From: a virus
Taxonomy: Duplodnaviria > Caudoviricetes
Direction: 5' to 3' (one strand)
Length of the DNA: 62,962 nucleotides
IMG/VR virus record: IMGVR_UViG_3300022871_000857
Location: 1 to 62,962 of that record
A model generated the notes under the pieces. That model saw nothing but the letters and a program-made list of their open reading frames with translations. It was not told the origin of the DNA and did not search any database. The position numbers and the translations under genes were made by a program. This document shows, piece by piece, positions 38,754 through 47,065 of this stretch (position 1 is its first letter; every line of letters starts with the position of its first letter).

Positions 38754-39354
38754 TTATATATCCTTTATATTTTAATAAATTAGAATCATAAATATGGAAC
38801 TTATCATCAAATAAACTCCATTGAAGTGTTTCTTTTATAGTGTTTTTCTCAAATGACTGTGCTGTTTTATATTTATTAAATAACTTAATAAAATATTTTT
38901 TAGTACAGGCGAAATTTGAGGTTCTTATAAATTGAGGTGTCTGACCCCATTCAACCCATTTTTCAGGATAATGACCTTTAGTTACTTTTTTAATTATATC
39001 TGCACTAAATAATGAAGATAAATTACTTTGTACTCCAACAATATCACAGGTGTCTAATTTTTTATTAGCTTCTTCTAACCATAAATTATCTTTTATAAAT
39101 ACTACATCATCATTCATAAAAAAATACTTATTTGTATGATATAAATTTATAGCATACCAATACATACCTATATCTCTCAATGTGTTGTTATTTAGTATGG
39201 TGCAGTTAGCTTCTTTATATTCTTTAGTTCCATTATAAATTACAACCAAATCATGTTCCATATCCGGCTTATTTATTTGATATAGGGTTTTTAAATGTTG
39301 TATTTTTTCTAAAGTATGACCTACTAATACAACGGCGATATTATTCACCAACAA
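38728..39354 (-). CDS. GT-A-like glycosyltransferase (putative)
   Basis: 'DLVVIYNG', 'RDIGMY', DxD-like 'FFMNDDV'. Confidence 0.5.
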   Translation of the reverse strand: MLVNNIAVVLVGHTLEKIQHLKTLYQINKPDMEHDLVVIYNGTKEYKEANCTILNNNTLRDIGMYWYAINLYHTNKYFFMNDDVVFIKDNLWLEEANKKLDTCDIVGVQSNLSSLFSADIIKKVTKGHYPEKWVEWGQTPQFIRTSNFACTKKYFIKLFNKYKTAQSFEKNTIKETLQWSLFDDKFHIYDSNLLKYKGYINASTEHPQ

Positions 39355-39691
39355 TAACCTTATTTTTAATAAAACTTTGGTTCAATGAAGCTAAAGCCAA
39401 TCTTGCATCTAAAACTTTTTCTAATCCTTTATAGTGTTGTTCACATTCAATTACATCTGAAAGTGCTTGTTTATTTCCTTCATTTTCTTCTGCTAATTTT
39501 AAATATGCTTTATCTTCTGAAATTGTTTCTTTAATCTTTCCATCAGAATATGCCTGTGCTAATGCCAATTTAAGTGTTTTTAATGCTGTAGAATAATTTA
39601 TTCTAGTTTCTTGATATTTTTCTGCTAAAACAACCGTCTCTTTACTAAATTCCCATAATGCTTTACTATCGTTAAAATCAAAGCTTATCAT
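39341..39691 (-). CDS. Helical protein, possible UvsY-like recombination mediator
   Basis: All-helical 116 aa directly downstream of the RecA-like gene. Confidence 0.35.
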   Translation of the reverse strand: MISFDFNDSKALWEFSKETVVLAEKYQETRINYSTALKTLKLALAQAYSDGKIKETISEDKAYLKLAEENEGNKQALSDVIECEQHYKGLEKVLDARLALASLNQSFIKNKVIVGE

Positions 39692-40586
39692 TTATTTCTC
39701 CTATTTCTTCTTGATTATATCCTGTTAAAAGATAAAAAGGCAAGTGTAAATCAGAATTTTCACACATTGAATCACTTACTTTAGTTTTTTCTATTTTAAT
39801 TACACTATCAAAACCGACTATTTTCTGTTTTGTTTTGCCATCAACCTTTTCTTTTACTGTAGGAGCATCTGCTTTCTGACCTCTCCTCATAAATAAAGTT
39901 AAGACAGACCAATGTTTAATAGCATTACCACCTGATAATGTAGATTTAACAATAAATGTTCCTAAACCACCTGTTCTAATCTGACCTATCATTAAAACAG
40001 CTACCTTACCATTGTGAACTGCCGAACCTGAAACTCTTAAAAATTTACCCATTTTTCTAGCAAGTAAAGCTATTTCATCGGATTCTATTGATTTTTCTTT
40101 TCCTGCTTTCGTTTCTTGCTCTCCTTTAGGAGACATAGCTTGAATACTATCAACAACAATAAAATCTACTATGGCTTCTTGTGAAACTTTTTTAACTATA
40201 TCCATTGATTCTTCTGCATTTTGAATATTTTCTACTAAAAGTAATTTCGATAAATCAATTCCTAGTATTTTAGCTCGTTTTTTTTCAAAACTATGTTCTA
40301 AATCAATATACATACACATTTTCCTATTTTTCTGTGCATCTGCTATGGCACTTAAAGCTAATGTTGATTTCCCAGAACTTTCACTACCATATATAACAGT
40401 AAAATTGCCACATTGAATACCTCCTGTTAATTTATCAATGTCTTTCACTCCAAAAAATAATTTTTTCTTATCAGGTGCTTTATTTGCAAAATCAATATTT
40501 ACTCCCGGCATAAACTTATTTATATCACCAATAACTTTTTTTAATTTAACTAAATCATCTATCTTTGTATTTGTTTTTTTAGCCAT
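39678..40586 (-). CDS. recA: RecA/UvsX-like recombinase
   Basis: 'YGSESSGKST', 'YIDLEH', 'IVVDSI', 'ARKMGKFLR', 'GQIR', 'GGNAIKH'. Confidence 0.9.
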   Translation of the reverse strand: MAKKTNTKIDDLVKLKKVIGDINKFMPGVNIDFANKAPDKKKLFFGVKDIDKLTGGIQCGNFTVIYGSESSGKSTLALSAIADAQKNRKMCMYIDLEHSFEKKRAKILGIDLSKLLLVENIQNAEESMDIVKKVSQEAIVDFIVVDSIQAMSPKGEQETKAGKEKSIESDEIALLARKMGKFLRVSGSAVHNGKVAVLMIGQIRTGGLGTFIVKSTLSGGNAIKHWSVLTLFMRRGQKADAPTVKEKVDGKTKQKIVGFDSVIKIEKTKVSDSMCENSDLHLPFYLLTGYNQEEIGEINDKL

Positions 40587-40655
40587 GATTTCTCCTATTG
40601 TTATTGAGAGTAGTTATAATATAGAACTTATTTTTAATATGGCAATTAGTTTTTA

Positions 40656-41006
40656 TTATAGTTCTTCTCCGTCTCGTATATATTGATTATAATATATAGT
40701 ATATACCATTCTAAAAAAATCATCTAAATCTAAAGTGATAAATCTATCTTTATGTTTATTTTCTAATGCATATATTGGTATCTTTTTTGTTTTTAATGGT
40801 AATTTACCTAACAAATCATACCATACTTTTCTTTGTATGGTAACACTAGAAGTATCTCTCATTTTACATTCAACAAAAAAGAATTTATTTAATACATCTC
40901 CTATTTCAGTTGAAGCTCCACTCGCCTTCGTTGGTCTTGAATATTTATCTATTTTTTTAAGTTTTTCAGCAACATATAATTCTAGTGGGTTTTTAGTATC
41001 ACTCAT
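40656..41006 (-). CDS. PD-(D/E)XK nuclease, Holliday junction resolvase-like
   Basis: 'ELYVA...ASGA...GDV...VECK'. Confidence 0.7.
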   Translation of the reverse strand: MSDTKNPLELYVAEKLKKIDKYSRPTKASGASTEIGDVLNKFFFVECKMRDTSSVTIQRKVWYDLLGKLPLKTKKIPIYALENKHKDRFITLDLDDFFRMVYTIYYNQYIRDGEEL

Positions 41007-41020
41007 AATTTACTCCTTTT

Positions 41021-41362
41021 TTAAAAGTCAAATCTAGCACCTGTTCTCATTCCTAAATCAAAGTCTCTATCACTTGTTTTTTGTCCAAATATTTCTACAA
41101 ATGGACTTGGTATCCACCATTTCTTATCTTTTTCACTTTGTTGTATTACTGTATAATTTGATGTACCTCCACTAGCAACATTAATTGCAGGATTAGTTAC
41201 ATTATCTGGCTGTCTAGGAAAGAATTTGTTAATAACTCCTAAGATTCCAAACACTATTATAATCCCAATTATTAATTTAATGGCTAATCCTAAAATCTTA
41301 TACCAACCAACTGGAGATAAATCAAACAGTTTTGTTATTGAGAATTTTTCAGTATTACTCAT
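41021..41362 (-). CDS. Membrane-anchored protein
   Basis: TM helix 'ILGLAIKLIIGIIIVFGILGVI'; ends with beta-strand-like 'GARFDF'. Confidence 0.6.
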   Translation of the reverse strand: MSNTEKFSITKLFDLSPVGWYKILGLAIKLIIGIIIVFGILGVINKFFPRQPDNVTNPAINVASGGTSNYTVIQQSEKDKKWWIPSPFVEIFGQKTSDRDFDLGMRTGARFDF

Positions 41363-41366
41363 ATTT

Positions 41367-41570
41367 TTAAGTCCAATCTTTTGTTATTATTTTATTTTTT
41401 TCTAAATCATCTAATAATTTTTTAATATTACTATTAATTATATCTTCTGATTTAATCTTTGTTATAGGAATATTATTCATAACATCTTTAGTAATATTAA
41501 ATTTAGCTATAACCTTTTCGTTTTTATCTTTTTGAGTGATATTAATCACTAATGTTCCGTTTGAATCCAT
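41367..41570 (-). CDS. Hypothetical protein
   Basis: 67 aa; GGAGGT RBS. Confidence 0.55.
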   Translation of the reverse strand: MDSNGTLVINITQKDKNEKVIAKFNITKDVMNNIPITKIKSEDIINSNIKKLLDDLEKNKIITKDWT

Positions 41571-41693
41571 TTTTTACCTCCGTTTTTTTACCAAATATTT
41601 TATCCCATTCTTCCTGTGCTACTTTTTCTCCGACAGGAATATTTTTATATCTACTTCTTTTTAATTCTTTATGAAATTTATTTTTTCTTTTAC

Positions 41694-42110
41694 TCATTTT
41701 CCTGTCATTATTTTAGGGTTATCAAATGTATTTGCTACTATTCTATATTTATCTTTTTGTTCTTTTTCGTTTACTACAACCCACATGGATCCTCCTCTTT
41801 CTTGTAAATATAATCCATATGCTGCTGTATATATTTTTCCTTTTATATCATCTTCATAATATTTAAAATCACCAAACATAAATACTTCATAGTTTTCAGT
41901 TATATCTCCAGTATATATTTTTTTATCATCTATATCTTTTATACCTATATATTGACCTATTGATTCAGGAATAACTTCAATTACTTTATATCTTCTGTTT
42001 TCCATAAATGAAATTAAATGTCTATCTGAAAGAGAATCATATACATAATATCCATATACCCAACCTTTATTTGTAATTCTTTTACCTCTATACTCAATAA
42101 TAGTGTCCAT
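41694..42110 (-). CDS. YopX-family protein
   Basis: 'EYRGK...WVYGYY', 'IGQYIGIKDIDDKKIYTGDI', 'IVANTFDNP'. Confidence 0.85.
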   Translation of the reverse strand: MDTIIEYRGKRITNKGWVYGYYVYDSLSDRHLISFMENRRYKVIEVIPESIGQYIGIKDIDDKKIYTGDITENYEVFMFGDFKYYEDDIKGKIYTAAYGLYLQERGGSMWVVVNEKEQKDKYRIVANTFDNPKIMTGK

Positions 42111-42118
42111 ATCGTCTC

Positions 42119-42433
42119 CTAAAATTTTTCAATTAATTGATTTCTATCATCTAAATATACATCAGCAAAAACCTTACAGCTTTTTTCTCTACCGAATAAT
42201 GAATTTTTTACACTATCAGTATCTTCGTTTACTGCCGATAGTTTTAATCCTTGTTCTTTACACCACCCAACAGCTTCATCTAATAATACTCCGTTTCTGC
42301 ATGTCCACAATATAAGTTGATGTTTCTGATTTATTAATTCTTTTAATTTGTCTATTAATTTAGTGTTTGGTTCTCCTATGTCAGGATATTTATGTTTACA
42401 TAAAGTTCCGTCAAAATCCACTGCGATAAGCAT
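42119..42433 (-). CDS. HAD-superfamily phosphatase-like protein
   Basis: 'IAVDFDGTL', 'LILWTCR', 'KVFADVYLDDR'. Confidence 0.85.
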   Translation of the reverse strand: MLIAVDFDGTLCKHKYPDIGEPNTKLIDKLKELINQKHQLILWTCRNGVLLDEAVGWCKEQGLKLSAVNEDTDSVKNSLFGREKSCKVFADVYLDDRNQLIEKF

Positions 42434-42445
42434 TTTATTTTTTCC

Positions 42446-42631
42446 TCAAATTTTATAAGCTTTATTTTTTGTTTCATCAAATTCTATAAACCACACATTT
42501 ATCATTGGATATTTCTTAACTGTCTTCTCGTCTTTAAGTAAAAAACAAAAGGTATTACCATCTTGCCAAGATAAATTACAATCTAATATTAATTTAGTAT
42601 TTGAATCCTTTAAACTAATTTTAACTTCCAT
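42446..42631 (-). CDS. Hypothetical protein
   Basis: 61 aa; AAGGAGG RBS. Confidence 0.5.
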   Translation of the reverse strand: MEVKISLKDSNTKLILDCNLSWQDGNTFCFLLKDEKTVKKYPMINVWFIEFDETKNKAYKI

Positions 42632-42887
42632 TTTTTGTTTTTTCCTCCTTAAATAGAGAATCTAGTTCTCTTTTAATTTCTTTTATTGTACTTTTTTTAT
42701 CAAATGAAAAAGGGTAAAATAAAGTAAATGAAGAAATCATATCAGTTTTAGTATTAATAACTCCCACTATATAATGAGGCACACATACTGATTTGCCTGT
42801 ACTAAAATCAATCCGTTCAATTCTAATTACTTCAAAGTATTTAGGTACTAATTTTTCTATTATATTTAATAATTCTGATAGTTTCAT
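42621..42887 (-). CDS. Hypothetical protein
   Basis: 88 aa, coupled to neighbours. Confidence 0.5.
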   Translation of the reverse strand: MKLSELLNIIEKLVPKYFEVIRIERIDFSTGKSVCVPHYIVGVINTKTDMISSFTLFYPFSFDKKSTIKEIKRELDSLFKEEKTKNGS

Positions 42888-43405
42888 TAAAATCCTTTCT
42901 CTTTCAATTTCTTAAATCCATCAGAACAATATTTTATTTGGAAAAAACAATCATCTAATGCATTATGATTATTTAAACATTTATATTTAGATAAATCTAT
43001 TTTACCTATATCAACTATTGTTCTAAGGTCTCTTGTATCTCTGTAATGAAATGGTATTTCTAAATCACATGCTATGTAGCATGCCTTTAGAATAGGAATA
43101 TCAAAAGAATTATGAGACCAAATTAAATCTCCTTTTTTATAAAATAAACTAAAATTTTCTAATACTTTTTTTAATTCTAAAGGTTCGTCTAGCCAACTAA
43201 TTAAGTCTTTCCTATCTAACCACCAATTTAATGTTTCTGAATCTATATTTAATCCAACATCAAAACAACTACCCATGCTGATATTTGATATAAATTCCTT
43301 ACCTAATTTTCCTGTATATCTATCAAAATAACAGGCTCCTAATTGAGTTACAACACATTTTGCTTCTCTACCTAATGTTTCTAAGTCCAACATTATATCT
43401 TTCAT
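42887..43405 (-). CDS. DEDDh 3'-5' exonuclease (phage DexA-like)
   Basis: 'MLDLETLG', 'WSHNSFDIPIL', 'RDLRT', 'HNALDD'. Confidence 0.85.
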   Translation of the reverse strand: MKDIMLDLETLGREAKCVVTQLGACYFDRYTGKLGKEFISNISMGSCFDVGLNIDSETLNWWLDRKDLISWLDEPLELKKVLENFSLFYKKGDLIWSHNSFDIPILKACYIACDLEIPFHYRDTRDLRTIVDIGKIDLSKYKCLNNHNALDDCFFQIKYCSDGFKKLKEKGF

Positions 43406-43417
43406 CTTTTATCCTTT

Positions 43418-43675
43418 TTATTTTATGTTTAATATTAGAGATTTGGGTATTATAGTATAATCTCCTAATTGAGTTCCATCACTTGTGCATATTTCTGTTT
43501 GTATAATAACACAGGAAATATCATTAATATCTTTACCTATAAAAACAATTTTACCATAGCTTTCTTTTATGGGGGCTCCTTTTTCTATTACATCATCTAA
43601 TTCTTCTTCAATTTTTGTTTCTGCATCCACCCACATAACATTAACTACTTTTTCAGATACTTTCAGATTTTTCAT
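43418..43675 (-). CDS. Hypothetical phage protein
   Basis: 'VMWVDA...SYG...IIPKSLI' pattern common in small phage proteins. Confidence 0.55.
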   Translation of the reverse strand: MKNLKVSEKVVNVMWVDAETKIEEELDDVIEKGAPIKESYGKIVFIGKDINDISCVIIQTEICTSDGTQLGDYTIIPKSLILNIK

Positions 43676-43874
43676 GTTTTAGTTTCTTTCTTGCCTCTGA
43701 TTTTAACCTATTTTCTTCATTCTTATCTTTATTATATTTTCTCATAATATCTAAATCTTGTTCTTTAAATGCACCTTTGACCTGTTTAGAACTTACTTTA
43801 TGGCTTAATTTTTTAAACTTAGCCAACATATTCCTACGTTCTTTTCTGTTATATGTTTTTTTCATCTGTACCAT
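43653..43874 (-). CDS. Basic hypothetical protein
   Basis: 73 aa, 'NRKERR' start motif. Confidence 0.5.
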   Translation of the reverse strand: MVQMKKTYNRKERRNMLAKFKKLSHKVSSKQVKGAFKEQDLDIMRKYNKDKNEENRLKSEARKKLKHEKSESI

Positions 43875-43889
43875 ATTTTTTCTTTCTTT

Positions 43890-44250
43890 TTAAGGGAGGC
43901 ATCTGTCTTATATGGTTTCTATTGTTTTACCTTCATCATTTAATAAATAAGCTACCATATTTGTAACTATATTTATCGGGTCATCATTAGCCCTTGTATG
44001 CCAAGCCTGTATATACCTAAAAACCATATTTTTATCTGGTTTTCCTTCTTTATCAACACATTCAATATAATTATTAAGTATCAGCTTATCTTCTTTTACC
44101 TGCTCCATTGTTATTTCGGAATATCTAACCGACGTAACATCAGACACTATTGTCCATGCAAATCTTTTACCCATACTAAAATCTCTTAATTTCAATATCA
44201 TCTTTCTACCTTTCTGTTTGTCTACCTTTCTTTCTGTCTGCCTCCCTTAA
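43890..44250. repeat. 12-bp perfect inverted repeat enclosing a gene
   Basis: TTAAGGGAGGCA (43890-43901) / TGCCTCCCTTAA (44239-44250). Confidence 0.8.
43908..44201 (-). CDS. Hypothetical protein ending AYLLNDEGKTIETI
   Basis: 97 aa; purine-repeat leader containing AAAGGT; enclosed by inverted repeats. Confidence 0.7.
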   Translation of the reverse strand: MILKLRDFSMGKRFAWTIVSDVTSVRYSEITMEQVKEDKLILNNYIECVDKEGKPDKNMVFRYIQAWHTRANDDPINIVTNMVAYLLNDEGKTIETI

Positions 44251-44265
44251 TATATTTTCTTTAAA

Positions 44266-44450
44266 CAATAGAGGAAGATTAAATAAATTATATAATAACT
44301 AATTACAATTAATTACAATTGGGTGTCTAATGAGATTATTTACAATCAATAATAATTATTATACAGTTTGAGTTTTAAATCTCATAATAGACTATCCAAT
44401 TAGGTCTGTGAGACCAAGCATAGTTTTTTTATTTAATCTTCCAACTGCTA
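44266..44450 (-). ncRNA. Putative structured non-coding RNA
   Basis: Perfect 15-bp outer stem 44273-44287/44428-44442, inner long stem 44317-44337/44378-44401, hairpin GGTCT-cac-AGACC, tandem AATTGTAATT. Confidence 0.65.
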
Positions 44451-44459
44451 ATAATTATC

Positions 44460-44756
44460 TTACTCTAAAGGAGCAAGACAATTGTCAACATCTATTGTTA
44501 TATCTAGTGTTGTTTTTGCGTTAGCTGTTTTAATAGCATTATCTAATTTAAATAAAACATTTTGCAATTGAACTATCTTTTTATCTACAAACTTTACTTC
44601 ATACTTTACAGTTACTATCTTTTCACTTTTAACATCAGAATAATAATTTGTACTTTCTTCTACTGCTACACTATCTCTTAAATGAGTTAATTCATTTAAT
44701 CTACCTCTTAATGCTTTTTGGAGTGCTAAACCTCCATTAATTGTTAATTTATCCAT
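44460..44756 (-). CDS. DIP1984/DUF6847-like helical protein
   Basis: 'LTINGGLALQKALRGRLNEL...LDNAIKTANAKTTL' matches the family pattern as I recall it (LxEAL..R..L ... LD..I...N..T). Confidence 0.55.
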   Translation of the reverse strand: MDKLTINGGLALQKALRGRLNELTHLRDSVAVEESTNYYSDVKSEKIVTVKYEVKFVDKKIVQLQNVLFKLDNAIKTANAKTTLDITIDVDNCLAPLE

Positions 44757-44780
44757 TTTGCTACTCCTTTCTTATTACAA

Positions 44781-44948
44781 TTATTTTTTAACCCAATCTG
44801 TCCATCCATCAACTGTGGTTCTTGTATATCCTTTTTCAACATAAAATTTATTCATTTCAAAACTCATATGGGTAAGACCACAAATTATGCTTATTAAAGT
44901 TATTGCTATAATTAAAACCACCATTACAACAGCATCATTATCTTCCAT
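44781..44948 (-). CDS. Small membrane protein (55 aa, not in ORF track)
   Basis: MEDNDAVVMVVLIIAITLISIICGLTH...; AAGGAG RBS. Confidence 0.55.
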   Translation of the reverse strand: MEDNDAVVMVVLIIAITLISIICGLTHMSFEMNKFYVEKGYTRTTVDGWTDWVKK

Positions 44949-45051
44949 TTTAATTACTCCTTTAAAGATAATAGATTTAATATATCTTTATAGTGTCCAT
45001 CAGATATTTTATCTTTATCTTTTTTTGTTTTCTTTTTTTGTTTTTTAATTT

Positions 45052-45453
45052 TCATTTGTTTTCTCTATTTCTACTGACTTCTTCAATCGTAATGACTGCA
45101 CGTGGGTTTTCTTTATCAATAAAGTATTCACTATTGTCTCCTATTACATATTTTATAGTATCGTCTGTTATTGCTCCTACTTTAACCAAACCGTCTAAAA
45201 CAAACTTCTCTATGATGGCTCTAATGTTAGCACCGTCAGTACCAGTTCTTTTTGAGTATACCATATATTTAGGTGAAATGCAAGTAAATTCTTCTCCATT
45301 ATATTGTTCTCTTACAAGGTCGTGATAATGTTGTTTTACTTTATTTGACAGCATATAATGGGCATTTCTATACCAATTCATATTGACCAATATAGTTTTA
45401 TTTTCTTTTGTTTTTTTCTCTATAGTATAATATATGGGAACTATTAGTTTCAT
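45052..45453 (-). CDS. RusA-like endonuclease
   Basis: 'TDGANI...KFVLDGLVKVGAITDD...DKENPRAVITI'. Confidence 0.75.
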   Translation of the reverse strand: MKLIVPIYYTIEKKTKENKTILVNMNWYRNAHYMLSNKVKQHYHDLVREQYNGEEFTCISPKYMVYSKRTGTDGANIRAIIEKFVLDGLVKVGAITDDTIKYVIGDNSEYFIDKENPRAVITIEEVSRNRENK

Positions 45454-45455
45454 TT

Positions 45456-45722
45456 TTAAAATACATCTCCGTTTTCATCTTTCTTTTTATTTTCATAATC
45501 TGAAGTTTTTATTCGGTATAGTTCTTTACCTATACAATCTAATGCTCCAAAAATATCATTATAAGTACTATATTTTTCAGAATGTTTTTCTAAATATATC
45601 TTACATATACTTGTAATTAAATAATTTAATTCTCCAGACTTATCAATTAAGTCTTTTGTTCCTCTTAATAATGCCAAGATTGCATTATATTTATTTCTGT
45701 TTTCTTGTTTAATATATGGCAT
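45456..45722 (-). CDS. Conserved phage protein (DUF6899-like)
   Basis: 'MPYIK...GELNYLIT...YENKKKDENGDV'. Confidence 0.6.
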   Translation of the reverse strand: MPYIKQENRNKYNAILALLRGTKDLIDKSGELNYLITSICKIYLEKHSEKYSTYNDIFGALDCIGKELYRIKTSDYENKKKDENGDVF

Positions 45723-45733
45723 TTTATCCTTCT

Positions 45734-46216
45734 TTATATTAATATTATTTTATCAAATCCTTCTGGTAATATGGGTATGTCATATTGAACATTAAATTTC
45801 TCCCAAACTTCATTCCAGACTTCTTTGCTTATATTGCCGTGATTATTTGATAGTCTTCTTTCAATCGAATCTTCTTTATTAAGATACGGCATTACTAACG
45901 CTATAACTTCATAGTCTTTTTCTTTTGCTAGTTTAATATATTTAATTCTATTTTTCCTTTTAGCATTTACTTCGTCAATAACAATATCTGATTTTAATTT
46001 AAGTAATGAAGTAAAGAAAACCATAATTGTTTTTTGAATTATAGGTTCATATTTATAATCAAATAAATAATCTCCACTTCCTAGAGCATATCTCAATGCA
46101 TCTCTTGATAATACTATTGCTCCTTTTTTCTTATAGTATTTACATAATGTTGATTTACCAGAACCTATGTTTCCTATCATAAGATATAATTTTGGTTTAT
46201 CATTAGTATTCTGCAT
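45734..46216 (-). CDS. P-loop kinase (AAA_33/polynucleotide-kinase-like)
   Basis: 'GNIGSGKST', 'SRDALR', 'IVIDEVN...R', 'PEGFD'. Confidence 0.8.
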   Translation of the reverse strand: MQNTNDKPKLYLMIGNIGSGKSTLCKYYKKKGAIVLSRDALRYALGSGDYLFDYKYEPIIQKTIMVFFTSLLKLKSDIVIDEVNAKRKNRIKYIKLAKEKDYEVIALVMPYLNKEDSIERRLSNNHGNISKEVWNEVWEKFNVQYDIPILPEGFDKIILI

Positions 46217-46733
46217 TGACTAATCCTTTGTAAAAATAATTTATAAGTTTTTTCTCTAATAGTTCATCTACTGATGATACAATTTCAGAAGCAAAATAAG
46301 ATAAAAATGGATGTTCGGCATATCTCTTTTCATCAGTAATCATAATTATAGGTATATGATGTTCCCAAGCCCAAGCTAATTCACATAGTGTTCCACATAA
46401 TCCTCTTTCAGTACCGAAGGTGTCCATATTAACTACAATTAAATTTGCATTAGTAACAGCAACATAATCTCTATGTACAATTGAATGAGGAGAAGCTTCT
46501 GATTTTAATCCATCACCTGTAATTTTATCTAAGTTCTTTCCGTTTAGTGGGTCTAACCATTCTATAGGATATTTTATTACAACTCTAACATCATCCATTC
46601 CAGCATAATCTTTTCCTAATTTTTTATAGTTGGTTTCCCAATTATCGTAGACATCTCTTATCTTTTTTCTCCATTCAGAACATTCTTTAATCTTGTCACC
46701 CTGTATATATCCAGCTAAATATATCTTATACAT
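46203..46733 (-). CDS. Nucleoside 2-deoxyribosyltransferase-like protein
   Basis: 'IYLAG', 'WR', 'LDP', 'RD', 'GTLCELAWA...IP'. Confidence 0.8.
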   Translation of the reverse strand: MYKIYLAGYIQGDKIKECSEWRKKIRDVYDNWETNYKKLGKDYAGMDDVRVVIKYPIEWLDPLNGKNLDKITGDGLKSEASPHSIVHRDYVAVTNANLIVVNMDTFGTERGLCGTLCELAWAWEHHIPIIMITDEKRYAEHPFLSYFASEIVSSVDELLEKKLINYFYKGLVNAEY

Positions 46734-46742
46734 TTTTTTCTC

Positions 46743-47018
46743 CTATATTATTTCTTCTACTAAATATTGTAAAAAATTATAAAGAAACCTATATGTATAG
46801 TGTATTCTTTCTCCTCTAGTCCATTTACTTAAATCTTTATTAACGCCTTTAGAACAATAAAAACATATCATTGTTCCGTTTTCAGATGCATTTTTTATTG
46901 GTAATCCACAAGTTAAACACTTAAAATCAGGATTGTATTCTATTATTTTCATTTCTCCATAATGAATACCATATAATGCTTTTTTAGTTTTATTGCTCAT
47001 TTTTAATCCTTTTTTCAT
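46743..47018 (-). CDS. Zn-finger protein
   Basis: CLTC...CFYC. Confidence 0.5.
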   Translation of the reverse strand: MKKGLKMSNKTKKALYGIHYGEMKIIEYNPDFKCLTCGLPIKNASENGTMICFYCSKGVNKDLSKWTRGERIHYTYRFLYNFLQYLVEEII

Positions 47019-47065
47019 AATCTACTATTGTCTCCTTTAAGCTTAATCTAAATTTTACTCCTTCT

